Virus record (IMG/VR): IMGVR_UViG_3300009165_000005
DNA from: a virus
Lineage: Duplodnaviria > Heunggongvirae > Uroviricota > Caudoviricetes
Length of the DNA stretch: 64,000 nucleotides
Direction: 5' to 3' (one strand)
Part shown: piece after piece, positions 10,371 through 20,238 of the stretch
Numbering within the stretch: position 1 is the first letter of the stretch
How the letters are laid out: every line of letters begins with the position of its first letter
Made by a program: the position numbers and the translations under genes
Notes under the pieces: model-generated
What the model saw: the letters and a program-made list of their open reading frames with translations, nothing else
Databases searched by the model: none
What the model was told of the DNA's origin: nothing

Positions 10371-11116
10371 GCGTTGGTCCCTCCACCTGAAACGGTATAC
10401 CCATCAGCTCCACGTTCGACAGAAGGACCTTCTGTCGTGGCCCGAGTCCCTCCCTGGTCGTAGGAAGACATAGGAGCATGAGTGTACTTGCCGAACGGAT
10501 CCTGACCCTTATCATCAGCAATCGCCCTGTAGCTAGGGTCAATGAAAAGTTGGCCAACTAAAGCAATGAGGTTCTCCAAAGAACCATCGACTTCGACACT
10601 CTTCTTAATCTTCTTGAGCTCATTGATCTCACTCTGAAGCTGATCCGAGTAGTCGATGGCTCTTCGAACCTTACGTTCGATTCTCTCCAAACGGTCGATG
10701 TTCCCCCTAATCCAAGACTTCATCGACCTAACCGCATTACCAGAGTCACCATCAGCAAGCCCTGGTAAGGGCAGCGGCTCCCCATTGGAGAGCATCTTAG
10801 CCGTATAGGTCTCAGTTCCCTTCAAGTAGAAGACCGGATCACTCATGCTACGCACCTGAAGGTCGTAGAAAGGGTCCCCACCCAACACCTCATAGGCAGC
10901 CATCAGCTTCCCGATGTAGGTATCGAATCCTGGAGTTCCTGTCGCATAGGAGGTTGGCCTTCCTCCAGTATCATAGGCAAATTGGAGAAATCCAATTCTT
11001 TGCCGTTCAATCGTAAGGTGCTTAATCCGCAAGTCGATGTACACCAGCTGACTTCGCGCGTAAGCTGTGAGTCTAGTGAACTGACTTTTATTAAAAGTAC
11101 CAAGAAAGTCCATCAT
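10367..11116 (-). CDS. hypothetical baseplate-region protein with coiled coil
   Basis: 249 aa ORF that overlaps both neighbours by ATGA coupling. Helical segment RLERIERKVRRAIDYSDQLQSEINEL. Confidence 0.6.
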   Translation of the reverse strand: MMDFLGTFNKSQFTRLTAYARSQLVYIDLRIKHLTIERQRIGFLQFAYDTGGRPTSYATGTPGFDTYIGKLMAAYEVLGGDPFYDLQVRSMSDPVFYLKGTETYTAKMLSNGEPLPLPGLADGDSGNAVRSMKSWIRGNIDRLERIERKVRRAIDYSDQLQSEINELKKIKKSVEVDGSLENLIALVGQLFIDPSYRAIADDKGQDPFGKYTHAPMSSYDQGGTRATTEGPSVERGADGYTVSGGGTNA

Positions 11117-11742
11117 ATTGAGAATTTCCTTAGGTACATTGAGGCTAGGTGAAGGATCTCCGGTGAGTCATTAAACATACCTAGGCCTTTATTACATCGA
11201 GCACAGAGTAATGCCCGAGGCGTACCAGTAGTATGGTCATGATCTGAATTAACTGAGCTAGACCTAGTACCCCCTCGCACCATATCTTGGTTGCAAATCG
11301 CGCATCTACCCTGTTGTTGAACCCAAGCGGCCTCAAACTGGTCTTGAGTCCAACAATTCTTGACTTTCCGATGGTACCTTGTAGATGAAGCAATCTTCTT
11401 ACGACGATGCTTCTGATCCCCGTAATATTTATCCTCGTTATGTTGAGAAGTGCAGAGTTTGCACTTCGAGTTACGCTTCCCCTCAGTGTAAAAGTCTAAC
11501 CTAGGAAACTCACCCCCACAGGAAGAACATATCTTCGTTAAACCAACTGGTACTGGCTTTGGCCCACAATGACGAGACTGCACCCCATTTCTAACAAGAT
11601 AATTCCGTATAGTACCCGTGGAACACCCATACCTTTTTGCTAGGCCCTCCATAGAGGACCCATCAACATACTCAGAGATAACTGACTTCTCTTGATTTAT
11701 AGTTAGGGCTCGACTAGACATCCTTATATTTACCCTGAGCAT
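11113..11742 (-). CDS. free-standing endonuclease VII-family (His-Me finger) homing endonuclease with N-terminal HTH and Zn-ribbon
   Basis: QQGRCAIC...DHDHTTG.PRALLC.RCN.GLG.FNDS...L..A..YL is the EndoVII signature. N-terminal HTH (LAKRYGCSTGTIRNYL) and CSSC..CKLC. More AT-rich than its flanks. Confidence 0.85.
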   Translation of the reverse strand: MLRVNIRMSSRALTINQEKSVISEYVDGSSMEGLAKRYGCSTGTIRNYLVRNGVQSRHCGPKPVPVGLTKICSSCGGEFPRLDFYTEGKRNSKCKLCTSQHNEDKYYGDQKHRRKKIASSTRYHRKVKNCWTQDQFEAAWVQQQGRCAICNQDMVRGGTRSSSVNSDHDHTTGTPRALLCARCNKGLGMFNDSPEILHLASMYLRKFSI

Positions 11743-13865
11743 CAAAAGATAAGCCCGAAGGCAGTTGCGAAAGAACTAACATCGGTTCCCGCATAGGCCA
11801 AGGCTACTCCGGCAGAGTAGCCCCCGGGTCCCGAGGAAGGTTTCGTACCCCCAGCGTTGTCTATGGCCTTGATCCAACCAGGGATCCCCTCAGACGTACT
11901 TGGCACGTTCAGGAAGTAGAACCCTGCTGAGAAGCTGTCCAAGTAATTTAACAGCTCTATTAAGTACTTGATGAACCGTTCCAGGACGTCAATCTTGCGT
12001 ACCACAGCATCAATGTATGCTTTGATCTCGTCGACCGCAGACTTGAAAGCATCCGCTAGGGCATCAATCCGATTGAGTAGGTCGTAGATGAATTGACCAC
12101 TCCACGGGATGATGTCCCTAAGCAAACTAATGGAAACCCAATCTACAGGGGTGCCTCCGAGCGTGAACGACTTGATGAAGTTAACGGCATCCAACAGATT
12201 CAGCCTAGTATTGACATCGGAATAGGCCGCTGTGTACGTCGTGTACACGTCAGCCTCATAGGTTTGAGGGAACGTGCTAGGGATGTCATTGAAGGCCAAG
12301 ACCATAGCCTGGATTGAGGTATTGTTCCCTTTGAAGTTCCCCTCAGTCGGGATCTGGCGTGGGATGCCTCCCTGATATAAATCCCTCAAGGGCTGCAGCA
12401 TGGCACTATTCTCAAGGAGTGACGACCCAACCTGCTGGGCCAGCTGCGATGAAACAAGCTTGACGGACAAATAGTTCTGAGGAACGTCAGGATATTCTTT
12501 GGTAGTGGGGTCAGCAGTAACTGGAACGGGATAGGACATGGGCAGAACCCGAGACAAGGCTCCACCTATGTTGGTTAGGGATCCCTTACCCACCTCACTA
12601 GAAGAGGTTCCATTGATTGGAAGACCTGTGTCATCAAATTGGGAGTCCGCAGCAAGGGGCAACTGGAACCCAATGGCGAAGGCCATCTTGAAGGTGGCCT
12701 CGAGAATCGAAATCACATCGAAGTTCGCTGGGATGTTTGGCAACCTGCAGGTGAGGATAGGACTTGGCCTGCCCATGATCACTGGGTCATTTGGGTCAGA
12801 GCTCGGCCACCTCTGAATTAACTCACCGTTGGTGGCATCAACCTCTGGGGCGGGGAATTCAATGCTTCCATCACTTACTACCAGCGGCCCACTGAAGGCT
12901 CTGATTCGATAGTAGTAAGTGGTATCCTTTTCAACCTCACTGTCCAGATACCTGAACTTTCCGAGTTGGAACAGCGAGAACACTGAAGTGGAAGAAGTAG
13001 GATCAATAACGATGTAATTCTGGAATTGTCGGAAGACATCTCCTTGTTCATCCCTTACAATCACTTCCCGACTAATCGCCTTACCACGCTTGTCTTCGAA
13101 ATTAGTCTCAGAGGTCGCCGTCATGGGGACGGGACCTCCAGAACGACTAGTCTTCTCGATCAACCACTTCTGAGGGATCAACTCACTAGAGACGCTAGCA
13201 ACCAGATCGTTGAATCCTGGGTCAGGCGGATACTGTTGAGTGGCTAGGGTCCACTCGAGTGCAAACCCTTTCAAGTCAAACCCGAAGACAGAAGCAACCT
13301 GAATAATTGGATCTATGTTGGTGCCCCCGGTTGCCCCTGGCTTGGTGCCAGCAGGGAAGATTCGAGCGTTCGCCGGAGCTACATACTTGGCAGCCGTAAT
13401 CTCCTTCCCGAAGAATCGAAGGAGGATCTTCATCAGCCTTAGTAGACCAAAGACCGTAGTGGCATCAGCCACAATAAGCACAAAGCCACTCTGCATACTC
13501 CCAGCAAGTGGTTGAGGTCGATAGGGATCCTTTGAATCAAACAACGAAGCTTTGAAGCGCTCGGTGAATGCCTGATACCCTCCCTTGTAAAGGTCGAAGT
13601 TGGGATCCCTCGTTGGATCTGGTATGTCGAAGTACCCATAGAGTCCAGTTCTCTTCAAGCTCTCAAACAACTGTTGAATGACGGCCAGAAGAGCCATCAC
13701 AATCGGTCGAATGGGGTTACCAAAATCAATGAGGAACAAGCTGATGGTGTTGAGGAGAGCCTTGATGATCTCTAGGAATACAACTAGAGCCTCGAGAGTA
13801 GAGCGAACCCCCTCCAACTGATCCTTGCCAGGAATCTTGATCTCTAAGGCTTTCCAGTCTGCCAT
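11742..13865 (-). CDS. putative virion/baseplate protein (about 707 aa) with helical ends and a central FN3-like domain
   Basis: Likely start MADWK at 13865. YLDSEVEKDTTYYYRIRAF is FN3-like. Amphipathic helical N- and C-terminal regions. Confidence 0.55.
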   Translation of the reverse strand: MADWKALEIKIPGKDQLEGVRSTLEALVVFLEIIKALLNTISLFLIDFGNPIRPIVMALLAVIQQLFESLKRTGLYGYFDIPDPTRDPNFDLYKGGYQAFTERFKASLFDSKDPYRPQPLAGSMQSGFVLIVADATTVFGLLRLMKILLRFFGKEITAAKYVAPANARIFPAGTKPGATGGTNIDPIIQVASVFGFDLKGFALEWTLATQQYPPDPGFNDLVASVSSELIPQKWLIEKTSRSGGPVPMTATSETNFEDKRGKAISREVIVRDEQGDVFRQFQNYIVIDPTSSTSVFSLFQLGKFRYLDSEVEKDTTYYYRIRAFSGPLVVSDGSIEFPAPEVDATNGELIQRWPSSDPNDPVIMGRPSPILTCRLPNIPANFDVISILEATFKMAFAIGFQLPLAADSQFDDTGLPINGTSSSEVGKGSLTNIGGALSRVLPMSYPVPVTADPTTKEYPDVPQNYLSVKLVSSQLAQQVGSSLLENSAMLQPLRDLYQGGIPRQIPTEGNFKGNNTSIQAMVLAFNDIPSTFPQTYEADVYTTYTAAYSDVNTRLNLLDAVNFIKSFTLGGTPVDWVSISLLRDIIPWSGQFIYDLLNRIDALADAFKSAVDEIKAYIDAVVRKIDVLERFIKYLIELLNYLDSFSAGFYFLNVPSTSEGIPGWIKAIDNAGGTKPSSGPGGYSAGVALAYAGTDVSSFATAFGLIF

Positions 13866-13867
13866 AT

Positions 13868-14026
13868 TCAACTTCCGTAGGTGAGACGCTCTAACCGACG
13901 TCGTAACTCAGCTAGCTCCTGCTCCGAAGCCTTCTTCGTAGCCTGAACCGCAGTCTTGAGTTTGGTGACGATTCCAAACTCTTCCTTGTATTGCCACTCG
14001 GGTGGCTTGGTCTGGTCTTCAGGCAT
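13868..14026 (-). CDS. small coiled-coil protein (52 aa), absent from the ORF track
   Basis: MPEDQTKPPEWQYKEEFGIVTKLKTAVQATKKASEQELAELRRRLERLTYGS. Its ATG overlaps the upstream stop (TGATG) and it fills the gap exactly to the next ATG. Confidence 0.75.
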   Translation of the reverse strand: MPEDQTKPPEWQYKEEFGIVTKLKTAVQATKKASEQELAELRRRLERLTYGS

Positions 14027-17000
14027 CACTGCACCGCCAGTAGTTTGATCATTGCATTAAGAGCTTCCTGTTGAGCCTTGATCCTATCAGCTATCGCCCG
14101 TTGCTTCTGAACAAGGATCCCCTTCTGAAGGTTGATTCGATCATCAATCCAAGCATATCGAGAATCGTAGAGCTTGTCCGTGTCCGCAAGGGTAGCCGTG
14201 ATAACTGTGATAGCATCGGCTACCTGACTCTGACGAGTAGCATCTATCGAAACACGATTCGAGATGGCAGTAGGTGAAGTCCCATACGCTACAGCCAAAG
14301 TGTCAGGAGTCACAGGTACAAGAGTGGAGATCGCACTGGACCAAGTGGGCAATGGGTTTGCGAAAACGACACATTGTTGCAGGATAGTGAAGATCCCAAG
14401 GAGAGCTACCTTGGAAGCACCAAATACACTAGCTACGTTGAAAGTGATAGCTCCAATGATTGGAGATCCATCCACTACTATGTGAGTGGAGTCCACGATT
14501 TGAGTGACCTGGAAAATACCTTCACTTGTTTGAGAAACCGGCGCATAGACGTAGTCTCCTACAATTACTCCAGAGGCAACGAAATCCACCGAGCCGCAAT
14601 AGATCACATTTGAAGCTTGAACCGTACCACTAGCAGAGTTCACCTTATAGGTAAACACATTGTTGTAGTAGCTCAAGATACGCGGGATCTCGACGTTGTA
14701 GACCACATTCCAAAGATTAGAGATATTGGTGATCAACCCATCTCGATCACTAAACGTGTTCAATGGCCTACAGACGCGATAGCTTGCCGAGACCAAAGGG
14801 GTGGTGAAGGCTGCATTAAGGGTAAGCTGAGTCTCCGAATCAACGGACACAACCTGACGCCTTTGGTAGGTGGGGCCTGAACGAGTTGCTACAACCGTAT
14901 ATCCAGGCTTCACCCCAGAAGAGATGAAGGTAGCTGTGCCTGAGGTCAGAATAGTACCTGAGGTATTAGCAACCCCAGAGATCAGGTTGGAAGAGGTAGT
15001 GACCTCGAATTGGAAGTAACTATCCTGAAGAGCGAATGCAGTTTCAACTACGAATGAGTTCGGATACACGTATTTGATCACGTGGTACCTAGTATCCGCT
15101 GAGAGGTTCAATCCACTCGTGATTCGCACCAAGTCCCCAGGTTGAATCGTAACCGATATTGGAAGGACCACCGTGATTAGAGTACGAAACCAGTCTAAGA
15201 TCCCAATATTACTATAGGGATTATCCACATTCGGAGGAATCAAGTAACCTCCGGATGAAACGAAACCCAATTCGATTGCTATGTAGTTGGACCCTACAGA
15301 ATTGCTCTCACAGGCGGGTGAGGGGTTAATCAGAGGGTACCTCTGATCCCCACTGTCATCCACAGCTTGCCCATAGAGGGCTGGGAACTTAACAGGTGAG
15401 GTCTCCAGATTCCCAAATAGCGCTTGACCTTCGAGGCACTCCCCTGCTGCTGGAGCGACACTGTTGATCCCAGAGAAAATCTCATGGGGTGTGACGTACA
15501 GCAAGTAACCATCGTCTTTATCCAGGTTGACATCGAAACCAACCTTGTAACTACGCTGATAGGTGGTGTCGCTCGAACTCAAGTACACTGTTGCCCCTAC
15601 TGGGACCACTGACGCCAATGCAGGAACGTCAATGGTAGTGGGGGTAAACGTTCCGATAGTTACTGAACTAACATAAACCGTTGAGGAGTCTGCAATGGTC
15701 ACCACCATACCACTTGTAAAGGCCACTCGGAACGGAGCTTGAGCTGTACCCGAGGTGGTGTCCACATTCAACGTAGTGTCTCCAATCTTGGCAGCGGCAG
15801 TGATCAGAGCACGAGGGAACTTACGGAAGAAGGTTGGACTAGTTCCATTGACGGGCTTCACTCCGAGGTCATAGATCTGATCCCCGTCAACCACTCCAGC
15901 CACAACAAGCCCAGAAGGGGTCTTCTTGGTTGGGTAGAACCTACTCTGAGGACCCGCTACATAGGCTTGTCGATAGGCTGGAAAACTAACTGAGATTAGA
16001 ATCTGGTCATCGATCTGATTGTTCGCTGAGGTAACGCTGGAAGCTATTGATCCGGTAGTACCATCAAACTTGAACCTTCCATCCCAGTCCCCAACGATTC
16101 TTCCGTCCATCTGCTGGAGAACATCTTCAAGATTATTGATAACGTCATTGTAGAACTTGAGGGTCGTACGAGCCACGATGTCCTCGTTGGCATACTCACC
16201 CTCGTCATAAAAGGCTGACTTGTTCCCCTGCTCGTACAACTTTGGCTGAGAGGTATTTGATACGCGAGGCCCACTCGAGGGTACTGATGACTGAGCCTCT
16301 TTCTGATACTTCTCTACCATCTGCCCACGGAAGTTACCCATGGTCTCAACTCGAAGATAGAATGAGTCAGGGACGTAGGTTGAAGCCGTATAGATCAAGA
16401 TCTGGTTCAGAAGGCCATTCTCTTTGGTAGGAACGATCGTATGGGTATAGGCTGATTGGAGTTGTCCGGGTTGAACGATTCGTTGCTTTGAATAGAGGAT
16501 CGAGATTGACTCCCGTGGCTGAAGTCCTGTTACGAGAATGATCCTTCCAGTGTCATCAAGCTTGAAGTCGTCCGGAGACACTAGGATCTGACCAACCTGC
16601 CCCTCTACCTTCCGATACACGAGAACGCTATCTAGAACTGTTGTTTGGGGTATTTCGACAGGTACTGCCGGCATACCACTCGTCTGAAGGGTGGTCGTAC
16701 TCGACTCGTAGATAGGTCTGATCGACTTGTACAGAGTCGAAGTAGCGTATCGGTACTCTCTCAGAGCCGTTGAAGTCAGAGTCACCTTAGTTGAGTTCGA
16801 GTTGGAGTCATAACTCGAGCCTGAAACCAGGTAAAAGTCTTTGTAAGTGCCTACAACGAAGTACAGGACTGATCCAGAGACATAGGTTCCGGCGACATCC
16901 CCGGTGAAGACTACCTGATTCATCCCGCGAGAGATGTTGCCATAGGTAGCTGCCTCCAGGATGAAGTAGACCGGTTGCGTTGGTGGGATGTTGACGGGCC

Positions 17001-19650
17001 CTGAAGAAATGTAGATCTTTGGATTCGTGATTGAGCTGCTGAATATCTGAGGAGCCAACAGATTGATGGTGGTCAGTCCGGTACCCACATCGTAGGAAGG
17101 CGCTGCCAGGTAGTAGACTTCCTCAGTCTCGATCCGTATCAAATAGTTGGCTGGAAATTCAGCAGTTCGATCCCCACGGACAGTGAAAGAAGAGGTTCCA
17201 GAGTTGATCTGAACCGGAGTGAGAATCAGATCCGGTCGAAGTACGACAACCGTGTTCTCTCCTCCTAGAGCTTCGTATGTGTAGTAGTCGATGTAGACAT
17301 TCTCATCGGGATTTACAATTGAACCGTGGGGTAGTGCATCCGTCACCTTACTAAACCCAGAGGCTGTTGGAAGAACATCTGGAAGGAAAGTAATCGTTGA
17401 GTCCACAGCACTGACCCCAACCTGAGTCGAATCCTGAGGCCTACCCCCTCGATAAACGGTCGCAGTTGGATTCGTAGCTACAGATAACCCAGCCGGGTTG
17501 AAAGGGATCACCGAAGTTGGAGTTGAGTGTACAGTTAGTTCCTTACGATGAAGAAATGTACCGCGCTCGTTGGTCAGAATCGGGTCTAAGACCGTTGGGT
17601 CCGGGTTGTCTTGACTCGAAGGATACGTCAGATTGATCTGATCTCCACTGAGCAACCTAGTTGTTGTCTGGAAGGTTCCTAGATCCCCACTGACAATGTA
17701 GTCCACCCCTTGAACCAAGGTGGTTACCACGCTATCCCGAACCAACTGAACGACCACATGGGGATCGACGAACTGTACTTGCTGGAAGTATCTATCAGCC
17801 AGAACTTCGTACCCACGACGAATCTGATAAGCTAGGTTGGTTGGGCTCCCAGAAATCGAGGCATCGATGTTGAGGGTCGTCGAGCTTGCTACGCTCTCAA
17901 TATCGTAGACACCTTCGTGAGGACCAGCCGTAATCACTAGCAAGTCTCCAGCCTGAACAGAGCTGAAGTTTGCCGCATTGTCGGCGAAGACTAGAGGAGT
18001 AGAAGCATATCCTGTGGTACCACTCACAATGAGTGTACCGTATTGAGTGACGAAGGATACAACTCCAGCATTCGCGTCAAGGAAGATGTCTCTTCCGATC
18101 ACCTGAGTTACGAAGCCAGCTCCTTGATTCAAGGAGAAGGACGCATTCGAAGGATCGATGAACGGGTCTAGAGCTACAGCTCCCAAGGGGTAGGGGATCT
18201 GAGTGATCTGGGAGTTCACCCGGAAGGCATAGAATAGCTGCTTCTGGTCAAAGTCCAGCGTGTACCCAATTCCTGCTGGTGGCGAGGCTACATCCAACCT
18301 CGGAAGTGGCCCGATGAAAGATCCAGTACCCTGTAAGACCTGAAAGGTCATTGGGTGCGCCAGGTCATCTACTGGAAGCACAGGGAGAGCTACCATTGGA
18401 GCTCCGACAATAGGGCTTGCCAGGATAGCGTCTTCTATTGAGTAGAACGCAGTAACATCCTTCACGTCTGGATTTGATCCATCAGCATTAACAGGGGATC
18501 GAAAGAGACGTAATGAGATCCCATTCTGGATGAGTAAGTCTCCGTATACAACCGTCAGGGTGTTGTAGTAGTATCGAGCTTGATCCGCTGAGTAGAAGTT
18601 GACTAGTCCAGTATCTTGAGCTATTTGAACCTGATCGGACTTGCCACTCGTGAAGTAAGTAGCGTTGGGAACGAGGGTGAACCCAGCGAACTGGTGAACA
18701 ATGGTGCTCCCGTTCATTGCGAGAATTGACAAGTCCTCGCCGGGAAGAGGAATCGGATTAAGGTAGATCCCACCAGCCCCGATAGTGCCAGAAGTGCTTA
18801 ACCTGGGCAGAATCGAAACTTGGAACAGGACCCCGTCGTAGTACACTGGGAACCCATTGTAAGTGACTAAATCAGTTGCATTGAACCTGACCAATCCAGT
18901 GTCTCTAGCCCATTCGAAGCTACCTGGTGCCGGGCTGGTAAAGTTAGCCTCAGTAGCTACCGAGTTTGGGTTGAGATACCCCCCGAACCCGAACTTGAGT
19001 AAGGGGTACTGACCCGAGCTCGGAATCGGATTGAGGATGATCGTATCTGTTCCGAGAACTCCAATCTTTCCGATAGACTCCTTCAAGGTGAATGGAGCTT
19101 GTTGCTGGAACAAGACCGTCTGCCCACCATAGGTGGTTAAGTCCCCAGTGTTCCAATTCAAGTTGCCAGTAGCTAGGCTAACCTCAACCGAGCCACTCGC
19201 AGGGGTGCCGAAAGAAGCATCGTTGAGCACTGTGGTTGTGGAGAAGGTGATTCCACTCCCGATAGTACCAAGGGCAATTCTATACGGAGCCGACCCCGAA
19301 GGGATCAAGATCTTCAGTCTAGTGATATTCGAGTCAGGCCCAAGAACACCAACTACAGTGCGGGGACCACCTGGTAAGGGTCGGAAGTTCCCAACAGTAC
19401 CATCGTAGTCGAACCTTTGATTGCTGGTTTCGTTCTTAGTCCACCCAAATCTAGCTGCAGGTAGATTTCCATCCCCTAGGACAACCACTAAGTACTCAGT
19501 TCTCCCTGGGTTGATTTCATCTGATGCAGGAAAAGCACTGTCGAAAGCGATCTGATTCGAGATCAGATCGTCAGGACTTGCTGTGAATGGGCTATTTGCA
19601 GAACCAACACGAGGTTTCTCTAATAGATAGCCCTGCAAACTTAGTGACAT
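14026..19650 (-). CDS. very large baseplate/tail-associated structural protein (1874 aa)
   Basis: Beta-rich multi-module protein with GAGGA RBS and C-terminal helix/coiled coil. Located between the spike and wedge genes. Confidence 0.6.
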   Translation of the reverse strand: MSLSLQGYLLEKPRVGSANSPFTASPDDLISNQIAFDSAFPASDEINPGRTEYLVVVLGDGNLPAARFGWTKNETSNQRFDYDGTVGNFRPLPGGPRTVVGVLGPDSNITRLKILIPSGSAPYRIALGTIGSGITFSTTTVLNDASFGTPASGSVEVSLATGNLNWNTGDLTTYGGQTVLFQQQAPFTLKESIGKIGVLGTDTIILNPIPSSGQYPLLKFGFGGYLNPNSVATEANFTSPAPGSFEWARDTGLVRFNATDLVTYNGFPVYYDGVLFQVSILPRLSTSGTIGAGGIYLNPIPLPGEDLSILAMNGSTIVHQFAGFTLVPNATYFTSGKSDQVQIAQDTGLVNFYSADQARYYYNTLTVVYGDLLIQNGISLRLFRSPVNADGSNPDVKDVTAFYSIEDAILASPIVGAPMVALPVLPVDDLAHPMTFQVLQGTGSFIGPLPRLDVASPPAGIGYTLDFDQKQLFYAFRVNSQITQIPYPLGAVALDPFIDPSNASFSLNQGAGFVTQVIGRDIFLDANAGVVSFVTQYGTLIVSGTTGYASTPLVFADNAANFSSVQAGDLLVITAGPHEGVYDIESVASSTTLNIDASISGSPTNLAYQIRRGYEVLADRYFQQVQFVDPHVVVQLVRDSVVTTLVQGVDYIVSGDLGTFQTTTRLLSGDQINLTYPSSQDNPDPTVLDPILTNERGTFLHRKELTVHSTPTSVIPFNPAGLSVATNPTATVYRGGRPQDSTQVGVSAVDSTITFLPDVLPTASGFSKVTDALPHGSIVNPDENVYIDYYTYEALGGENTVVVLRPDLILTPVQINSGTSSFTVRGDRTAEFPANYLIRIETEEVYYLAAPSYDVGTGLTTINLLAPQIFSSSITNPKIYISSGPVNIPPTQPVYFILEAATYGNISRGMNQVVFTGDVAGTYVSGSVLYFVVGTYKDFYLVSGSSYDSNSNSTKVTLTSTALREYRYATSTLYKSIRPIYESSTTTLQTSGMPAVPVEIPQTTVLDSVLVYRKVEGQVGQILVSPDDFKLDDTGRIILVTGLQPRESISILYSKQRIVQPGQLQSAYTHTIVPTKENGLLNQILIYTASTYVPDSFYLRVETMGNFRGQMVEKYQKEAQSSVPSSGPRVSNTSQPKLYEQGNKSAFYDEGEYANEDIVARTTLKFYNDVINNLEDVLQQMDGRIVGDWDGRFKFDGTTGSIASSVTSANNQIDDQILISVSFPAYRQAYVAGPQSRFYPTKKTPSGLVVAGVVDGDQIYDLGVKPVNGTSPTFFRKFPRALITAAAKIGDTTLNVDTTSGTAQAPFRVAFTSGMVVTIADSSTVYVSSVTIGTFTPTTIDVPALASVVPVGATVYLSSSDTTYQRSYKVGFDVNLDKDDGYLLYVTPHEIFSGINSVAPAAGECLEGQALFGNLETSPVKFPALYGQAVDDSGDQRYPLINPSPACESNSVGSNYIAIELGFVSSGGYLIPPNVDNPYSNIGILDWFRTLITVVLPISVTIQPGDLVRITSGLNLSADTRYHVIKYVYPNSFVVETAFALQDSYFQFEVTTSSNLISGVANTSGTILTSGTATFISSGVKPGYTVVATRSGPTYQRRQVVSVDSETQLTLNAAFTTPLVSASYRVCRPLNTFSDRDGLITNISNLWNVVYNVEIPRILSYYNNVFTYKVNSASGTVQASNVIYCGSVDFVASGVIVGDYVYAPVSQTSEGIFQVTQIVDSTHIVVDGSPIIGAITFNVASVFGASKVALLGIFTILQQCVVFANPLPTWSSAISTLVPVTPDTLAVAYGTSPTAISNRVSIDATRQSQVADAITVITATLADTDKLYDSRYAWIDDRINLQKGILVQKQRAIADRIKAQQEALNAMIKLLAVQ

Positions 19651-19668
19651 TTGATCCTCATTTGGAAT

Positions 19669-20238
19669 CTAGATGATGGAGCCATAACCCGAACCCGCTG
19701 AGGGAGAGGGACCTCCAGCTCCTACAATGGCAACCGGCAAAACAAGAGTCTGAAGAACTATCCCGAGAGCCATGGAGATCGCGGATGCTTTCTCGGATGC
19801 ACCAGAACCAGTGATCCCAACGCTAGAAAACCCCTGCATGATTGATGAAAAAGCTGGAGGGCCACTAATCCTTGCTATTGCTGCTCCAACTCCGACTGAT
19901 GGATGCGTTGTGCTGATCAGTCCTTGTCCGAAACCCATGAACAACCCATTGGAGATTCCTGTAGCCTCCAATGGGGCCATTACACCTAACTGCCCATTGA
20001 CAGCATAGGCCGCGAGCAGGCTAGACATCAGGAGGTTCTGGGGCACAATCAAGGGAGCGAGTCCTTTTCCAAGCCCAACTGCTCCTGTGTCCACCGTGAT
20101 AACCTTGAGCTGCTGCACCCAAAGAGCTATTCCAGTACCAAGACCACTCCCAAACTTTGGAACCGCAGGACCTATGAGACCCACAGAGAAGATCCCAGTG
20201 GTTATGGTGGCACTGAGGATAGGAGCAACTAGAGGCAT
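19669..20238 (-). CDS. Gly/Ala-rich hydrophobic protein; possible spike-tip or spike-associated protein
   Basis: 189 aa, very Gly-rich, two similar halves. First structural gene after the spike once the endonuclease is skipped. Confidence 0.4.
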   Translation of the reverse strand: MPLVAPILSATITTGIFSVGLIGPAVPKFGSGLGTGIALWVQQLKVITVDTGAVGLGKGLAPLIVPQNLLMSSLLAAYAVNGQLGVMAPLEATGISNGLFMGFGQGLISTTHPSVGVGAAIARISGPPAFSSIMQGFSSVGITGSGASEKASAISMALGIVLQTLVLPVAIVGAGGPSPSAGSGYGSII

